DNA of 64,000 nucleotides, taken from Marsupella aquatica. Its lineage: Eukaryota > Plantae > Marchantiophyta. The stretch lies in NCBI GenBank assembly GCA_973895155.1, contig OZ316891.1, positions 18,533,987 to 18,597,986 of the forward strand. The letters are read 5' to 3'. Numbering within the stretch: position 1 is the stretch's first letter; each line of letters starts with the position of its first letter. Positions 61,199 to 64,000 of the stretch are shown piece by piece. Below the pieces are notes generated by a model that had not been told where the DNA came from, did no database searches, and saw only the letters and a list, made by a program, of their open reading frames with translations. The position numbers and the translations under genes were made by a program.

Positions 61199-61950
61199 AG
61201 GAGGCCTAATTTTGTATGTTATATCTTGGATTTGTATTCAAAACACCCATTTGTGGTGGCATATCATTCCAGGTTACAATGTGTATAATGAATGCATGTA
61301 TTCTATATTGAACCAGAACAACAACCCGAACCAGTCACGTACTACCGTGCCTAATCACGTATACTATCGTGCCTAATCGTGTATACGTCCTGTTGTGTTA
61401 CACTCTTAACTGTTCCGATCATCGTGATGGACTACGTTCCCCAATGTACGTCCGCATACAGAAGCAGATAACCATGTTATTTACTGTGTACGTAGACCGT
61501 ACCAAACATCGTAAGAAACGTCACACTTAACCAACTAAACTATGTTGTACCCGTTAAACGTGGTGTCTTACATGGCAATGTACAACGTATCAAACTTGGT
61601 TAAACAATGTCTAACGTCATTTCTAGCCACGTCAATAGGCCATGTTATCAACAATGGCACGTTGATGTTAACGTCGTCTAATACAACGTTAAGTAGAGAA
61701 CGTCTCAGTCGGCGATGTTTAAGTACATCATGTAATGCTACGTTAAGAACGTCCGAGTGTACATCCTCGTGTACATCATTAGTAACGTCGCTACTTAAAC
61801 GTCGTTGGGTGGGACTTTTCCACACGTCGGCTGAACGTTGCAATTAACGTCTGCTTAAATTACGTTAATCAGGCAGATAATGTAGTTGTGCATCTTGTGT
61901 CCACACGAGAGTCGTGTCAAAGTTACTGTTAACCTCGAATCAGTCAAGAA

Positions 61951-62580
61951 TATGTTTTCCCCTGGGGATCGAGTTAATCTCTTATTGAATGATGAACCGG
62001 TTGCGGGTGGGACGGTTTTCAGCATTACTCCCTCGGACTCTTGTCACAACATTCTGATTGGCGAGCATAGAATCAGTGTTTTTGTTGAGGATGCATTCTT
62101 CCACCTTGCTGAGTTACCTTATCCAAACGCAGGGGCGGACCTGGTCGGTGAAAGCTTAAATTCAGTAATTTTGTGGGATTGGTCTAGCGTCAGGTTTGCG
62201 GAAAGCCAGCGCCCGGTTGATCCAGGTGACAACCAAGAGGAGATTCCTCTAGAACGGGAAGCAGGTTTTGGGGAGCAAGATGCCATGGGAGACACTGTCC
62301 ATAGTCAGGACAATGTTCTCTTGAGAGAGGACCTGAGCAATCAAAGCAGGTGGTAGTTTGCTTTGCTTTACAAAGACGATGATGAGATACTACTGGCTTG
62401 AGGGTGTATCACGAATTCACACCCTCAAGCATTGATTAACAATGAGAGAGTTGGAGATGATCATGTCGGGATCAATATTCTCACACTGGCCGCCGACAAA
62501 AACATCTCAAAGATGACGTTCCCTTATTTTGTTGAGGGAATGCCTTGCACAATCAAATGGCCTTTGCGGAGAACTCGGAT
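61951..62580 (+). pseudogene. Two tandem DUF8039/Tnp1-like beta domains upstream of the transposase
   Basis: VAGGTV...CHNILIG...VFV...LPYP...VGESLNSVILW, then a second degenerate copy LA*GCI...VGDDHVGINI...IKWP. Confidence 0.5.
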
Positions 62581-62779
62581 CGAGCTTGGAATGCAATTGT
62601 TAAGCGATCTATTGGATCAAAATGAATTCCTGAATCCTGAGCGAGCAATTGTATCATATGTTAAACCAAAGCGAGCTAGAATAATCAACATTGCAACCCG
62701 CAGGCTCCTGAGGAGAAGGAAAGGAAGAAGATTCATAGAAGGCGTAACAGAAAGAAGACTCAAGAATCTATTGATGCTA

Positions 62780-63660
62780 TTTTCCAGGTTGAGTGCTGCA
62801 CAAAGAATTGTTGTAGGAGACAACAGTGGGAAGTGGTCAATCAGATTAGAGATGAATTTTATGGTCTCTCTCACGCCGATCAACAGATGTACGTTTTCAA
62901 CCATCTACACGGGAGGGATACGGAAACTATAGAGGCCGGGATGATTATTTTTTGTGGGACACATGTCTGTAAAGAAGGGTTTTGGACCATCCATGGTTTC
63001 TCCAGAGGAACCTTCTATTCAATCTATAGTCACTATTGGAATGGGGCAAAACTTGGCGTTCATGGCAACCAAGGATCAATGAAAACCAAAGACTACGTCA
63101 CGCTGTTTGTGGAGTCTATACAAAGTGTATTCCAGAAATGTGCAGAGCCCATGCCTCATCTCCATAAAATTGGAGAGTCTGGAAAGCAGGAGGTCGTGTA
63201 TAGGGTTCCTATAAGCTACGAGAGGAAAGATGTTTATGAAGAGGCTTGCAAGCTTAACAAGAATCTTGGAGCTTTTTCTCTTGTCATCGCTACTTTCTAC
63301 AAGATATTGGAGAAAAAGTTTCCCAATTTTCAGCTTCTTGATCGAAGCAATTTTGCAAAATGCGATCTCTGTACTACAATCAAAGAGACTCTTTGAGGCG
63401 AGAAGAGACAAGATGTTGTTCTTGAAATCAAGGCCAAAAGAGAACGTCACATGTTGAAACAATAGTCTCAGAGAAGCATGTATTATGCAGCCAAACTGGC
63501 AGCAATCAAGAGCCAGAGAAGTATCTCTCGGTGATTCATGACAAAATGGATCAAGCCAAAACAAGGATACCAAAAATGACTTCAACTCTTAAAAGTCAAG
63601 CGGGTAAATCAATTTCGTTACCGATGACGTTGACTAGAATGCTCACGCATGGACGGTGTC
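62780..63660 (+). pseudogene. Sola-like (DUF7869-type) DDE transposase, N-terminal half; breaks off at ~63660
   Basis: CCTKNCC...IRDEF, VCKEGFWTIHGFS, HGNQG, AEPMPH, FAKCDLC, KYLSVIHDKMDQAKTRIP, MLTHG. Confidence 0.7.
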
Positions 63661-64000
63661 TGGGGGGAAAATGTGGTTCTTGAGGAAGCACTGGGCCTAT
63701 GGCTGCTAGTGTCAAGAGAGAACTTAAGTTAAGAAACAAGAAGCCTTAAGGGATGAGTCCAAAGCCTTATTTCTCTTTTCAAAATCTTCATGATATTAAA
63801 AAGTGTATACCAAAAAACCACCAAAAAATGGTATGTATTTTCCAAACTAGACTCAAGAGAATTTTACCACCAAAATCTAAGCATATCTTATATGATATTC
63901 TCACAATTGTATAAACCTTGAAATGTGCACTTTATAAAAGTAATCAAAATCAAACTCATCGATCAGAGTTTAAGTCAAACTCAAAGTTTTACAAAATATA

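Larger units (their letters stand above)
45018..61890 (-). mobile_element. CACTA-type element 2 with CACAA termini (16.9 kb including nested insertions)
   Basis: TIR CACAACTACATT at 45018, with its inverse ending at 61890. 3-bp TSD CAT at 45015-45017 and 61891-61893. ACGT-rich subterminal arrays. Same gene layout as CACTA-1. Confidence 0.93.
27100..63660. mobile_element. Putative giant DNA transposon (Sola/DUF7869-like transposase on +, multi-domain cargo on -), interrupted by Gypsy and CACTA-2; ends not identified
   Basis: The same palindrome TCTACACGAGnCTCGTGTAGA occurs on both sides of both nested insertions (28084 to 61900). Removing the insertions leaves a divergent gene pair. Confidence 0.6.

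Overview
Eukaryotic, land-plant-type genomic DNA, probably from a non-seed plant (inferred). It holds one host gene, an intronless EID1-like F-box gene (2084-3964, minus), followed by about 58 kb of nested transposons whose ends and target-site duplications (TSDs) can mostly be read directly. (1) A 7.9-kb Mutator/MULE (5575-13494, 9-bp TSD) carrying a convergent cargo gene with a C11orf68/Bles03 (DUF1917)-like domain and an F-box-like motif. (2) A 10.9-kb CACTA element (13950-24844, TSD ACA) with an apparently intact transposase and an intact zinc-finger + SET-domain gene. (3) A very large, probably Sola-like DNA element (~27000 to >63660) encoding ParB-like, amino-methyltransferase-like, Ulp1 SUMO-protease and FCP1-like phosphatase modules, studded with a 21-bp palindrome. 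Nested in (3) are a Gypsy element with a 4.5-kb gene-containing LTR and a second, divergent CACTA-type element (45018-61890, CACAA termini, TSD CAT) that carries a homologous SET gene and hosts a 4.7-kb gene-containing solo LTR. Two related CCCTGGGCCC-ended MITEs with 8-bp TSDs complete the nest. The main candidate new systems are CACTA-encoded SET-domain proteins paired with element-specific CpG motif arrays, and the ParB/MTase/Ulp1/FCP1 giant transposon. All protein family calls are by motif recognition from memory, not database searches.
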